The notes beneath the pieces were generated by a model. That model was not told the DNA's origin. It did no database searches and saw only the letters and a program-made list of their open reading frames with translations. Position numbers and translations under genes: made by a program. Shown piece by piece: positions 1 to 8,406 of a stretch of DNA of 64,000 bases. Within the stretch, counting starts at the first letter, position 1. Each line of letters starts with the position of its first letter. The stretch comes from Candidatus Saccharimonas sp. (GTDB lineage Bacteria > Patescibacteriota > Saccharimonadia > Saccharimonadales > Saccharimonadaceae), in contig JBASZO010000015.1 of assembly GCA_049660945.1 (NCBI GenBank), forward strand, positions 1,338-65,337, written 5' to 3'.

Positions 1-290
1 CGCGATGATCGTGATCTCTGTAGCTACCCCTGTAAAAGTTGATAGTACGTACGCTCGATACCAGAGGTATCAAGCGATAAGGTATAGCCTGATTGTCAAC
101 GTACTCGACTGTTTACATGAGCGATTTCCACCTCACTCACTGTGACCCTTTCATCTTACCACAAAAATGCAAAAAAGTCAATAATACTGCTTAATAACAT
201 AACCTCTTTGCCCGAAAAATAAGCATTTTACCCATTTACCCCTTGAAAAAAGGGTTATTTTGGGGTAAAATAGGGTGGATTTGGCACTAC

Positions 291-357
291 GGTCTCATCG
301 TTTAAGGCGAGCCTACGAGCGATTGCAAGGCAGTCGATGAGTAGGGAGGACACCAGG
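291..357 (+). pseudogene. Degenerate copy of the 5' half of tRNA-Glu (acceptor 5' strand, D arm, 5' strand of anticodon stem), with about 25 extra nt in the D-loop region
   Basis: Two collinear 11-mers match the real tRNA exactly: ggtctcatcgt (291-301 = 414-424) and aggacaccagg (347-357 = 434-444). Similarity stops where the anticodon loop would begin. Confidence 0.55.
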
Positions 358-413
358 CTGTCCGTGCTTGCGCAGAGGGCTAAATCAATAGTACATTGCA
401 GAATACCTAGCAT

Positions 414-488
414 GGTCTCATCGTCTAACGGTTAGGACACCAGGTTTTCATCCTGGCAATCGGAGTTCGATTCTCCGTGAGATCACCA
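414..488 (+). tRNA. tRNA-Glu (anticodon UUC), CCA encoded
   Basis: Hand-folded cloverleaf. Acceptor ggtctca/tgagatc (one G-U). Anticodon stem ccagg/cctgg with loop ttTTCat (anticodon 447-449). T arm cggag-ttcgatt-ctccg. Discriminator A followed by CCA. The D region cgtcta..aggacacc resembles bacterial tRNA-Glu. Confidence 0.9.
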
Positions 489-2160
489 TATTAGGATTTT
501 CAAAACATCCAACTTGAAACAGTTCGTTTACCCCTGGTAACGGGCTGTTTTTTTGAGTTCCACCGACTAAATCTTCGTAGTTCGGAACCATATTGAAGAT
601 AGCACCGAAAAAGGCGGCCTTACGGAGCGGATTACTGAGGTGGATGAGTATATCAGACAGGTGTTCCACCAAATACCGGGCGTATTGTAAAACCACCTGT
701 ATATCGACCGTTTCTGTAGGCTGTTCACTAGCTGTTTGTAGCTTGGCGATTTGCTGTTCAATGTTCACGACTTCTTCCTCCATTCGTTTGATTACGGTTT
801 CTGACGACACCATCTTCATGCGGTCGATGACCGCCTTGATTTGCGTTTCAAGCTCCTGACGGCGCTCCTCGAGCTTCTTGTCATCCTGAGCGGTCTGCAC
901 TTGTCTTTCGTTCCACTTGACCTCGATAGCGCTTAGGAGAGTGTCTAGCTGCTGCGGGTTAATTTGCAGCCGCCTGACGACATCTTCTACGGTTTGCTCG
1001 AACGCAGCCTTCGGTACGCGAAAGTAGTGACCGTTCTTGCTGCAATGGTAGGCAGGATAGTATTTACCCATCTTTCCGCGCGATGCACTGCCCAAGAGCG
1101 TACTGCCACATTGTGGGCAAGCTACGACCTTCTTGTATGCGAACTCGGGGTTATGCATGTTCTTATTAACAAGATGCTCAGGCGGTCGTTTGCGGTGTAC
1201 GGAAACGTTATTGTCGGCATCAATCTCGATGAATAGCTTGCCACGATTTGCTTTGTTAAATACTTCTATTGGTACGAGGCCGTCAAATTGGGCTTTGATT
1301 GGCTCGTTATTCGTCCATTTCTCTTTGATGATACCAGCATAGATAAGCTTATGAGAATAGTAATCAACCCTCTTGGCGGTCATCTTGTGCCCGCCAATAT
1401 GCTTTATGACTTTAGTATTGTCGTATTTATCTCGGACGTACTGCAGGCGTGTGGCGAAGCCGAGCCTATTAAGCTCATCTGCAATCTGTTGGTCGGTATA
1501 AATGCCTTCAGCGCGCATAGCGAATAGGCGCTGCATGTAAGGTGCTTCTTCGGGGTGAGGTATGAGTATAAGGCGCTTGCCGTTCGGTGTGTTCACTTTC
1601 TCGCTCGCATATCCATATGGTTGCTGCCTCATCCAGTAACCGAGCTTGGTGTAGTGTATTTCAGCACCAATCATACGGGTCATAATGTCGCGCAGTTCGT
1701 CTTTGGCCCGTTCGGCTTCTAGCAGCTCATTCTTAAAAGATGGGCTGTAATTGCTCCAGTAGTAGTCGAAGCCGGTATGCTCAAGTGTATTCACGCGGCG
1801 GCCGTCTATGACACCGAAAGTATCCATGAGTATCACATTAAGTGCATCGAGTTGTTCTTTCAGCTTGATATATGCAGAGGAGCCGCCACGCGTAAAACGG
1901 TCGATTGCTTTGATAAGCACGACTTCAACGGCCGGATTATCTTTACAGCGTTCGACGATTTCCTGCATTGGCTGTTCGGCGTGTGAGGCTGACTCGACCA
2001 AGATGACCATGTCGATGACTTTAATATTGTTATCGGCAGCCATGCGTTCGCCACGTTGGCGCTGTTCTTCTGGCGAATCACCGTCACGACCTTGTTTGTC
2101 GGACGAGACACGTATGGCGAGTAGGCCATTGCGTATTTTAGTGGCTTGCTGGGGTTGCAT
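448..2160 (-). CDS. Large serine recombinase (resolvase/invertase N-terminal domain plus recombinase and zinc-ribbon-like region)
   Basis: N-terminal catalytic motif LAIRVSSDKQ, then IDRFTRGG. A CPQCG...HC cysteine cluster and a C-terminal coiled-coil fit large serine integrases. ATG at 2160 has GGAGG 6 nt upstream; the track's TTG at 2181 is less likely. Stop TGA = 448-450. Confidence 0.9.
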   Translation of the reverse strand: MQPQQATKIRNGLLAIRVSSDKQGRDGDSPEEQRQRGERMAADNNIKVIDMVILVESASHAEQPMQEIVERCKDNPAVEVVLIKAIDRFTRGGSSAYIKLKEQLDALNVILMDTFGVIDGRRVNTLEHTGFDYYWSNYSPSFKNELLEAERAKDELRDIMTRMIGAEIHYTKLGYWMRQQPYGYASEKVNTPNGKRLILIPHPEEAPYMQRLFAMRAEGIYTDQQIADELNRLGFATRLQYVRDKYDNTKVIKHIGGHKMTAKRVDYYSHKLIYAGIIKEKWTNNEPIKAQFDGLVPIEVFNKANRGKLFIEIDADNNVSVHRKRPPEHLVNKNMHNPEFAYKKVVACPQCGSTLLGSASRGKMGKYYPAYHCSKNGHYFRVPKAAFEQTVEDVVRRLQINPQQLDTLLSAIEVKWNERQVQTAQDDKKLEERRQELETQIKAVIDRMKMVSSETVIKRMEEEVVNIEQQIAKLQTASEQPTETVDIQVVLQYARYLVEHLSDILIHLSNPLRKAAFFGAIFNMVPNYEDLVGGTQKNSPLPGVNELFQVGCFENPNMVISRRIELRLPG

Positions 2161-2326
2161 CGCTTGCCTCCAAGATAGCAATTAAATGCTGGCCGTTATG
2201 ACGGTCTTCAAGTATCTTCTCTACGATAAGGTCGGCAACAAGTTCAATGCGTTGGGCGCTGGTATAGCTGAATTGCTCAGCTGGTAACTGGCGTATTCTG
2301 TTCTTGCTGCCTTTTGGCCTCGGCAT
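2138..2326 (-). CDS. Small hypothetical protein (62 aa) directly upstream of the recombinase and overlapping its start
   Basis: ORF in the same operon. Basic N-terminus (MPRPKGSKNRIR). Overlaps the recombinase start by 23 nt. Function unknown; position suggests a DNA-binding or directionality factor. Confidence 0.4.
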   Translation of the reverse strand: MPRPKGSKNRIRQLPAEQFSYTSAQRIELVADLIVEKILEDRHNGQHLIAILEASDATPASH

Positions 2327-2376
2327 AGTACCCTCCGTCGAGGCTCCATAACAATCCGGCTACACAGTTAAAAGGG

Positions 2377-2580
2377 TTATTTTTGTGGGCGACCTGGCTT
2401 CGTTTTTTCAGCCAGTTCTTTTTCTATGAGTTCAGTCAGCGCTTTGTCGCCGACCTTGGAGAGTCCGATGAGTACGAGTTGCACTAACGTCATGTCACGT
2501 TCGATAGCCACCGTCTTTGCTCTACGGCGTACTGCATGTGACATATCTATCTGGACGCGTTCTCGTTTTGGTTCGGTCAT
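2377..2580 (-). CDS. Small ribbon-helix-helix-like DNA-binding protein (67 aa)
   Basis: The pattern RVQIDMSHAVRRRAKTVAIERDMTLVQLVLIGL looks like a beta-strand/helix/helix CopG or Arc-type fold. Recognised by pattern only. Confidence 0.45.
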   Translation of the reverse strand: MTEPKRERVQIDMSHAVRRRAKTVAIERDMTLVQLVLIGLSKVGDKALTELIEKELAEKTKPGRPQK

Positions 2581-2644
2581 CGAGGAATATTATACAACAA
2601 TAGACCTCTCGTAACAATCACTTGCCGCACTCTGCGCAGTGGCC

Positions 2645-2770
2645 CTACCCCTCGATGATGTCCAACAGCTCTTGGTCGCTGGTTATAGCAAGATAGTCCT
2701 GCAAATCGTAGTAGTCGGAGGCACAGACTTTCATCAGTGCCTCCTTCTCTAGAAATTCTCTGTCAATCAT
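2645..2770 (-). CDS. 41-aa acidic ORF, translationally coupled (ATGA overlap) to the upstream ORF
   Basis: Hand translation: MIDREFLEKEALMKVCASDYYDLQDYLAITSDQELLDIIEG. Its ATG overlaps the TGA of ORF 2767-2949. Too short for the ORF track. Confidence 0.3.
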   Translation of the reverse strand: MIDREFLEKEALMKVCASDYYDLQDYLAITSDQELLDIIEG

Positions 2771-2949
2771 GACAGGTCAGCCTTAAATTCGCAGATGATG
2801 CGATCGGCTTCATTGCCGTACTGCTGCTGGAATGCGAACTCGATATTCTCCAGCACTTCCGTAACCCGCCGCTGAGTGGCTATACGGTTGTTATCTGCCA
2901 GTCGGTGCAATATCATGCGCCGGTCGTGTTCGTTAAACGATATCGTCAT
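2767..2949 (-). CDS. Hypothetical protein (60 aa), element operon
   Basis: ORF-track entry in the same orientation and tightly packed within the operon. No recognisable motif. Confidence 0.4.
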   Translation of the reverse strand: MTISFNEHDRRMILHRLADNNRIATQRRVTEVLENIEFAFQQQYGNEADRIICEFKADLS

Positions 2950-2971
2950 GGTTCCCCCAAAGGGCGGCGGC

Positions 2972-3286
2972 TTACGCCGCCACCCTTTCTATCTCATGTA
3001 CTAGCAGGTCTTTTACGCGTGTCGGCTTAAAGTACCTGTCACGCTCTATGGGCAATCCATACCCGACCAAACTCAGTTCTTCTAATGAAAAATAACCGAA
3101 CTCGGTTTCATGCCCAACCACCAAGCCGAAGCATGTGTCCGCACCGTCGTACTCCATAACGTACCAAGTCCATTGCGACACTGGGTGGAAGAACTTAGCG
3201 TAGGCAATCTTGTCTGGCGTTTCGATATGTTCGGTGGCGTATAGCTTTGGTATTTTAGCGGCGGCAGCTTTAGTGAGTAGCTTCAT
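2972..3286 (-). CDS. DUF2958-family protein
   Basis: MKLLTKAAAAKIPKLYATEH...AYAKFFHPVSQWTWYVMEYDG...CFGLVVGHETEFGYFSLEEL...PIERDRYFKP matches the DUF2958 signature common on plasmids and ICEs. Start taken at the internal ATG (3286), not the track's upstream start. Confidence 0.7.
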   Translation of the reverse strand: MKLLTKAAAAKIPKLYATEHIETPDKIAYAKFFHPVSQWTWYVMEYDGADTCFGLVVGHETEFGYFSLEELSLVGYGLPIERDRYFKPTRVKDLLVHEIERVAA

Positions 3287-3419
3287 CGAGTCGTGCCTCC
3301 ATGTCGAAAATCCAGTCTTCTGAAACGCCTCCAGCCCGCAGGATGCCGAGCGCTTCGCTAAATGATTTATTGCGTATGGTGATTTTCTCACCAGCAAATG
3401 TTTTAACGGTAACTGTCAT
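3270..3419 (-). CDS. 49-aa ORF, first gene of the minus-strand element operon
   Basis: Hand translation: MTVTVKTFAGEKITIRNKSFSEALGILRAGGVSEDWIFDMEARLDEATH. A strong AGGAGGG lies 5-6 nt upstream of the ATG. The stop overlaps the DUF2958 start. Confidence 0.4.
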   Translation of the reverse strand: MTVTVKTFAGEKITIRNKSFSEALGILRAGGVSEDWIFDMEARLDEATH

Positions 3420-3492
3420 AGGAACCCTCCTTTTTAGTTGTGTAGCCGAATTGTTAAGGAGCCAGTTTCGTCTTACTTAACTCTAATATAAT

Positions 3493-3510
3493 TGTACCCC
3501 ATGGGGTACA
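3493..3510. promoter_or_regulatory. Perfect 18-bp palindrome tgtaccccatggggtaca in the divergent intergenic region of the element
   Basis: Read directly. It sits in the AT-rich 230-bp gap between two divergent operons. A second inverted repeat, ttaccc-N12-gggtaa, lies at 3549-3572. Confidence 0.4.
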
Positions 3511-3651
3511 CAATAACAATAAATATATGCATGAATTACAACAAATAATTACCCTATTCCGGGATTGGGTAAATTTAACCTTATTACATCTGTTATAATT
3601 CGTTCTTTTTCTCTCTTCTTATATATAAATATATAGAAGTGAATAGGAAGG

Positions 3652-4491
3652 GTGATGTATGCTTACAGTATGAAGGTAAAGTATGCCAGGTCTACATTAA
3701 ATGCAGGTCAAATTGGTCTGTTGGAGTTGATATATAAATATCGTTTTGGTAGTCCTCAATTACTAGCAAATAGTCTTGGAGTAAAACCACAAAATGGGCT
3801 ATACGAGAAATTGGAAGTATTGGTTAAATATGGCTATTTAGGAAAGCGGTTTGAAAAGCACTTGAAATTACATGGTGTTCCATCCGCATACTATTTGACA
3901 CCACAGGGCTTGAGGATATTGCAGGAACACCTAGGGCACGAAACTGTAACTAATGCTGTCATAAAGGGCAGCTATAAAGACAAAACCGTCGGCATGGAAT
4001 TCATAATGCATACTTTGAACGTTTACAAGTACACCAGCCTGCTCAAGCGCCATTATCCCGCGCTTAAAGTCTTCACGCGGCGGGACATTGCTCAGTACGA
4101 CTATTTCCCAGCACAGCTGCCTGACGCGTTCTTTTCGCTGCCAACTGACGACCCGAAGCAACCCAAGAGGTTTTTCTTCGATTTGGTTTCCGACTCCGCG
4201 CCACGCGCGGCACTGGATAAGCGCATAGCGAACTATTGTGAGTTCTTTGACGAAGGTGGCTGGGATGTGACAGGCAGCGAAATGCCAGCCTTACTGCTTT
4301 TAAGTGAATGGGGCGCGGCAGAGAGGCGTATACAACGCAATGTGCGGGCACAATTGAACCGGTCAGATATGGAAGACATGCGGATTTACACCAGTACCAT
4401 CGTAGCACTCGACAATATGACTGCCGATGCGCCAGTCTGGACGAGTGTTGAAGACACCGATGAACTAGCGTCGCTGGATTCTATATCGTAA
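3652..4491 (+). CDS. Replication-relaxation family protein (Replic_Relax-like, winged-helix N-terminus)
   Basis: N-terminal QIGLLELIYKYRFGSPQLLANSLGV...LEVLVKYGYLGK...AYYLTPQGLRIL is typical of the family. Length of about 280 aa fits. The true start may be the ATG at 3655. Confidence 0.65.
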   Translation: MMYAYSMKVKYARSTLNAGQIGLLELIYKYRFGSPQLLANSLGVKPQNGLYEKLEVLVKYGYLGKRFEKHLKLHGVPSAYYLTPQGLRILQEHLGHETVTNAVIKGSYKDKTVGMEFIMHTLNVYKYTSLLKRHYPALKVFTRRDIAQYDYFPAQLPDAFFSLPTDDPKQPKRFFFDLVSDSAPRAALDKRIANYCEFFDEGGWDVTGSEMPALLLLSEWGAAERRIQRNVRAQLNRSDMEDMRIYTSTIVALDNMTADAPVWTSVEDTDELASLDSIS

Positions 4492-4540
4492 CCTCTATTG
4501 CTACGGCAATAGAGGTTGGCTCTTTTCTTTAGAAAAGAGC
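4490..4540 (+). terminator. Two tandem stem-loops after the replication-relaxation gene
   Basis: aacctctattgc-tacg-gcaatagaggtt (4490-4517) and gctcttttc-ttta-gaaaagagc (4519-4540), both perfect stems. No long T tract follows, so a role as an element boundary is also possible. Confidence 0.45.
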
Positions 4541-4650
4541 ATTAGTAATGTGGTGGCGTACTACTCCGGTGGACCCTAGCTATGCTAGAACGCTTACGGT
4601 ACACTTATACATAAGGCGTGCTGGGAAGTCTGGTCAGCGACCGACTTGCT

Positions 4651-5886
4651 ATGCTTAAAACTATTCACCATCACCTTCGACGTGCAGTCCATGTCACCCG
4701 CTTACCGGCCGTAGCGGCGTACTTACTGCGCGACGAGGCTATCAGCGGCAAGTTCATCTTAGGTGCTGTCGCCCTAGCGCTCCTGTGTGCCAATACGGCA
4801 TTGGCTAGCTGGTATGAGCATCTCTGGCACACCGAACTAACTATCGGCCTCGGCAGTTGGAATCTAACCTACGATTTGCAGCACTGGGTCAACGAAGGCC
4901 TTATGGCCATATTCTTCCTAGTGGTCGGCCTGGAGATAAAACGCGAGCTGGTAAGCGGTGATTTGCGTCACCGCAAAACGGCCCTGCTGCCAATCGGCGC
5001 CGCCATCGGCGGTATGGTACTGCCTGCTTTGCTATACGTATTTTTCACACACGACACACCGGCAGCGCAGGGCTGGGCAATACCTATGGCGACCGATATC
5101 GCTCTGGCCGTCGGTGTTCTGACCCTCGCCGGCAGACATATCCCTAGCTCACTCAAACTATTCCTGCTGACACTCGCAATCGTTGACGATATTGGCGCGA
5201 TACTCGTCATCGGCTTATTTTACGGCAGCGGTTTCAATGTAGCCTCGCTACTCCTAGCGGTTCTTGTGTGCGGAGCGGTGGTACTGCTAGGGAAGAAAGG
5301 CTGGTTGCCTCTATGGCTGTATGTAATCTTGGGCATATCCCTCTGGCTAGCGCTGCAAGCCGGTGGTATCCACGCCAGCATCGCTGGTGCGTTGTTAGGC
5401 CTGGCGACACCAATAACTGCACGTCGTACTCCTGGCCAAGATAATCTTGCGGAACGCGTCGAACGCCACGCCATACCGTGGTCAACGCTTATTATTGTGC
5501 CACTGTTTGTCTTTGCGAATACCGGCATCGTACTGACGCTGAGCGGATTTGCTGAACCTGGGGCACTTGCGATGGCGGCTGGCGTTGTGGCGGGGCTCTG
5601 TGTTGGCAAAGTCGCTGGCATTCTTGGGGCCAGCTGGTTGCTTACGCGGCTAGGCTTGGCAAAACTTCCAACCGGGACTACATGGCGGCAGATTACTGGC
5701 GTCGGGTTGGTGGCTGGTATCGGCTTTACCGTTTCGATATTCGTGACCGAACTTGCATTCGGCAGCCAACCTGGTCTAGAGAACAGCGCCAAGCTGAGCA
5801 TCTTTGTCGCTTCGGCTATCAGCGCACTGCTTGGCCTTACTACACTTCGCAGCTATGTAAAACGTAAGAATCAGGCCAATGATTAG
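4651..5886 (+). CDS. nhaA: Na+/H+ antiporter NhaA
   Basis: Conserved NhaA blocks: WVNEGLMAIFFLVVGLEIKRE, PMATDIALAVGVL and LLTLAIVDDIGAILVIGLFY. Start uncertain (GTG 4618 or ATG 4651). Confidence 0.9.
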   Translation: MLKTIHHHLRRAVHVTRLPAVAAYLLRDEAISGKFILGAVALALLCANTALASWYEHLWHTELTIGLGSWNLTYDLQHWVNEGLMAIFFLVVGLEIKRELVSGDLRHRKTALLPIGAAIGGMVLPALLYVFFTHDTPAAQGWAIPMATDIALAVGVLTLAGRHIPSSLKLFLLTLAIVDDIGAILVIGLFYGSGFNVASLLLAVLVCGAVVLLGKKGWLPLWLYVILGISLWLALQAGGIHASIAGALLGLATPITARRTPGQDNLAERVERHAIPWSTLIIVPLFVFANTGIVLTLSGFAEPGALAMAAGVVAGLCVGKVAGILGASWLLTRLGLAKLPTGTTWRQITGVGLVAGIGFTVSIFVTELAFGSQPGLENSAKLSIFVASAISALLGLTTLRSYVKRKNQAND

Positions 5887-5895
5887 TAGTCGCAA

Positions 5896-6288
5896 CTAGA
5901 CGACTAGTTCGTCGAAACCAGTCTGAGGGTCAGGTTCACGTTTGAATACGGTGTTATCTAAAATACCGATGACGAGCTCACAGGTGGTTCGAATGGTGCA
6001 GCCTTCTTTTACGTGGCCGCCCATAACGTGACCACTTGTATCTGAAACTGAAATATGGAGATGGCAACCATTTTCTGAAACAGTACCGTGCAAGCTATCT
6101 ATCTCAAGGTTTACCGGTTCGATGTATTTTACCTTGCCGTCAATAACAGGCACACGGATTTTTGAATTGCTCAAGCTGCCTACGGCGGATAGGATGACAC
6201 CAGCCTGTACATGGTGCTCTTGTACTAGCTTCTGGATCTCTTGTAGTAAATCTTGACCATCGTGTAGCCGCTTCGTAACTGTCTTCAT
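5896..6288 (-). CDS. PPC (DUF296) domain protein
   Basis: GQDLLQEIQKLVQEHHVQAGVILSAVGSLS...LEIDSLHGTVS...HLHISVSD..G.V.GGHV fits the PPC/DUF296 pattern. Start at the internal ATG 6288. Confidence 0.7.
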   Translation of the reverse strand: MKTVTKRLHDGQDLLQEIQKLVQEHHVQAGVILSAVGSLSNSKIRVPVIDGKVKYIEPVNLEIDSLHGTVSENGCHLHISVSDTSGHVMGGHVKEGCTIRTTCELVIGILDNTVFKREPDPQTGFDELVV

Positions 6289-6452
6289 AGCATAACTATA
6301 GCAGACAACAACTCTCCGCCGGTGCAGTAGCGACATTTATGGCGTTATCTGGTTTAGACTAATGATGAGATACTGCAGTTGGAGCTTGGCTTCATGCGAC
6401 GATACCGTAATGTACTGACTACGAATGACTGTATATTTGCTAGAATACCTAC

Positions 6453-6920
6453 ATGAACATAGAGCAAACCATCCGAGAATATCTGCCACAGGTCGTACAC
6501 TTATCACTCGCCACAAGTAAAGACAATAGGCCGTGGGTATGTGAAGTTCATTTCGCCTACGACGAAAATCTGAACATATACTTCCGTTCGCTCACATCGC
6601 GTCGCCACAGCCAGGATATAGCCGCGAACCCGAAGGTGGCGGGAAATATAGTTCGCCAGTTCGCAGTTGGAGAGTATCCGCTGGGCGTATACTTCGAGGG
6701 TACTGCCGAATTGCTTTCAAGTGGCGTGGCACAACACAAAGCTTTCGAACTCATAAAGGCACGGCTTAACGCCAGTGATGACATCTTGGCTGAAGCTGAG
6801 AGGCCCGATGGGCACCAGTTCTATAAGGTTACTGTTGCCAACTGGTACGTTTTCGGTAAGCTTGGCAACAGCACTAGCGGCCAGAAGTATAAACTTGAAT
6901 GGAACGGAGGAAATAAATGA
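6453..6920 (+). CDS. Pyridoxamine 5'-phosphate oxidase-family (general stress protein 26-like) protein
   Basis: LSLATSKDNRPWVCEVHFAYDENLNIYFRSLTSRRHSQDIAANPKVAG matches the PNPOx-like split-barrel signature. Confidence 0.7.
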   Translation: MNIEQTIREYLPQVVHLSLATSKDNRPWVCEVHFAYDENLNIYFRSLTSRRHSQDIAANPKVAGNIVRQFAVGEYPLGVYFEGTAELLSSGVAQHKAFELIKARLNASDDILAEAERPDGHQFYKVTVANWYVFGKLGNSTSGQKYKLEWNGGNK

Positions 6921-7330
6921 ATTACCGGCCGCACCACACGGCGATTTCGGTTCGTAACCTAGACAAGTCGCTGGAGTTTTACAAAGCCCTTGGCTATGAG
7001 CAAGTGCACCGGTACGACGAAGCAGACGGTTCCATGTCGATCGTGCACCTAAAACTGGGCGGCTCATTCCTAGAGATATTCGCATACAAGAAAAACGAAA
7101 CCGAACCACCCGTTACCTATGAATATGCTAACAATCTGGAGGATATCGGGGTCAAACACATTGCGTTGCAGGCCGACGACATCGAGGCTGCACTCGAAGA
7201 TATGAAGGCCAAGGGCTTTGCGAACGACGATACCAAAATCACGTTCGGCAGAACGAAGGTCAGCTATTTCTTCATCCAGGACCCCGATGGTGTATGGGTG
7301 GAATTCGTCAAGGACGATAGATACAATTGA
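6917..7330 (+). CDS. VOC/glyoxalase-family protein
   Basis: HHTAISVRNLDKSLEFYKALGYE...GVKHIALQADDIEA...DPDGVWVEF is typical of the glyoxalase/bleomycin-resistance fold. Confidence 0.8.
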   Translation: MNYRPHHTAISVRNLDKSLEFYKALGYEQVHRYDEADGSMSIVHLKLGGSFLEIFAYKKNETEPPVTYEYANNLEDIGVKHIALQADDIEAALEDMKAKGFANDDTKITFGRTKVSYFFIQDPDGVWVEFVKDDRYN

Positions 7331-7433
7331 CTGAATCTGAAAGAGTACCGATGCCCACAAAATCTCCCGGAAGTAAAAGAGGTAGTGATATGATAAAGAT
7401 ATCTAATCAGGGCGTGTATAAAGGAGAGTATGT

Positions 7434-7676
7434 ATGAAGTCTAAAGGTATAGCATATGTGCTTTGGTTGGTGGGTTTCTTTGGCATTCTAGGATTCCATC
7501 GATTTTATATCGGTAAAATTGGCACGGGTATCCTCTGGCTTGTTACAGGTGGCGTGTTTGGTGTAGGTGCGCTTATAGATTTATTCACCTTAGGCGGACA
7601 AGTTGAGCAGTACAACACAAATAAAGAGCTGAATCATATAAGAGCCGCTACGCTCGCAAACTCGAAGGCAGAATAG
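7434..7676 (+). CDS. TM2 domain membrane protein
   Basis: [44 protein letters not shown] is the TM2 signature. Confidence 0.8.
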   Translation: MKSKGIAYVLWLVGFFGILGFHRFYIGKIGTGILWLVTGGVFGVGALIDLFTLGGQVEQYNTNKELNHIRAATLANSKAE

Positions 7677-7687
7677 AGGCCTATTAT

Positions 7688-8374
7688 ATGAATGATTTGC
7701 CGAATACTACATTGTTTTTGCTGATGTCAGTGGATGGAAAGATATCTACTGGTGAGGGCGATGAGCGCGATATGGACAAAGATTTGCCAGGTATTGCGGG
7801 CGTCAAAGAAGGTTTGCACCAGTACTATGAGCTCGAAGAAAAGACTGATCTATTCTCGTTTAACACGGGACGGGTAATGGCGAAGGTTGGCTGGAATGAA
7901 GAAAAGGCAGAAGTAGACCAACTGCCTGTCACGTTCGTAATCCTGGACAACAAACCGCACCTGACTGCGCTTGGTGTTGCGAACTTGTGCAAGCGAACGA
8001 AGAAACTTTACATAGTTACGACGAACGCCGAGCACCCGGCGCACACCAGCGCCGAAGCTAACTTGGAGGTGATTTCTTACGAACACAAAGTAGACTTTGC
8101 AGACTTGTTTCGGCGACTCAAACAAGCCGGTGCCGACAATCTGACCGTGCAGTCGGGTGGTGAGATGAACGCCCAGCTCGTCCGCGAGGGGCTAATAAAT
8201 AATGTCTCAATCATAGTGGCTCCGCTCCTTATCGGAGGCAAGGCCACTCCAACCCTCATGGACGGCCCATCGCTTGCAACCGAAGCCGACCTCCACTTCC
8301 TAAAACCGCTCAAACTCGTAAGCGCCGACATTCTCGCTAACTCCTACCTCCACTTGAGATACGAAGTAAAGTAG
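7688..8374 (+). CDS. Dihydrofolate reductase-family / RibD C-terminal domain protein
   Basis: LFLLMSVDGKISTGEGDE... and a C-terminal ..VQSGGEMNAQL...INNVSIIVAPLLIGG pattern. Confidence 0.65.
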   Translation: MNDLPNTTLFLLMSVDGKISTGEGDERDMDKDLPGIAGVKEGLHQYYELEEKTDLFSFNTGRVMAKVGWNEEKAEVDQLPVTFVILDNKPHLTALGVANLCKRTKKLYIVTTNAEHPAHTSAEANLEVISYEHKVDFADLFRRLKQAGADNLTVQSGGEMNAQLVREGLINNVSIIVAPLLIGGKATPTLMDGPSLATEADLHFLKPLKLVSADILANSYLHLRYEVK

Positions 8375-8406
8375 CCATTGCCCGTAACCACTGCTATCAT
8401 GAAGAT

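Larger units (their letters stand above)
445..4540. mobile_element. Putative integrated element at tRNA-Glu (serine recombinase, small DNA-binding proteins, DUF2958, replication-relaxation protein). The right boundary is not defined.
   Basis: The recombinase gene ends inside the tRNA anticodon loop. Cargo is typical of plasmid or ICE-like modules. A divergent AT-rich control region lies inside, and tandem hairpins at 4490-4540 precede the nhaA gene. Confidence 0.45.

Noticed and set aside
248-261. 14-nt exact repeat aaaagggttatttt, shared between 248-261 and 2370-2383.
   Set aside because: In a 64-kb window on both strands, several chance 14-mer matches are expected. The second copy lies inside the C-terminal codons of ORF 2377-2580.
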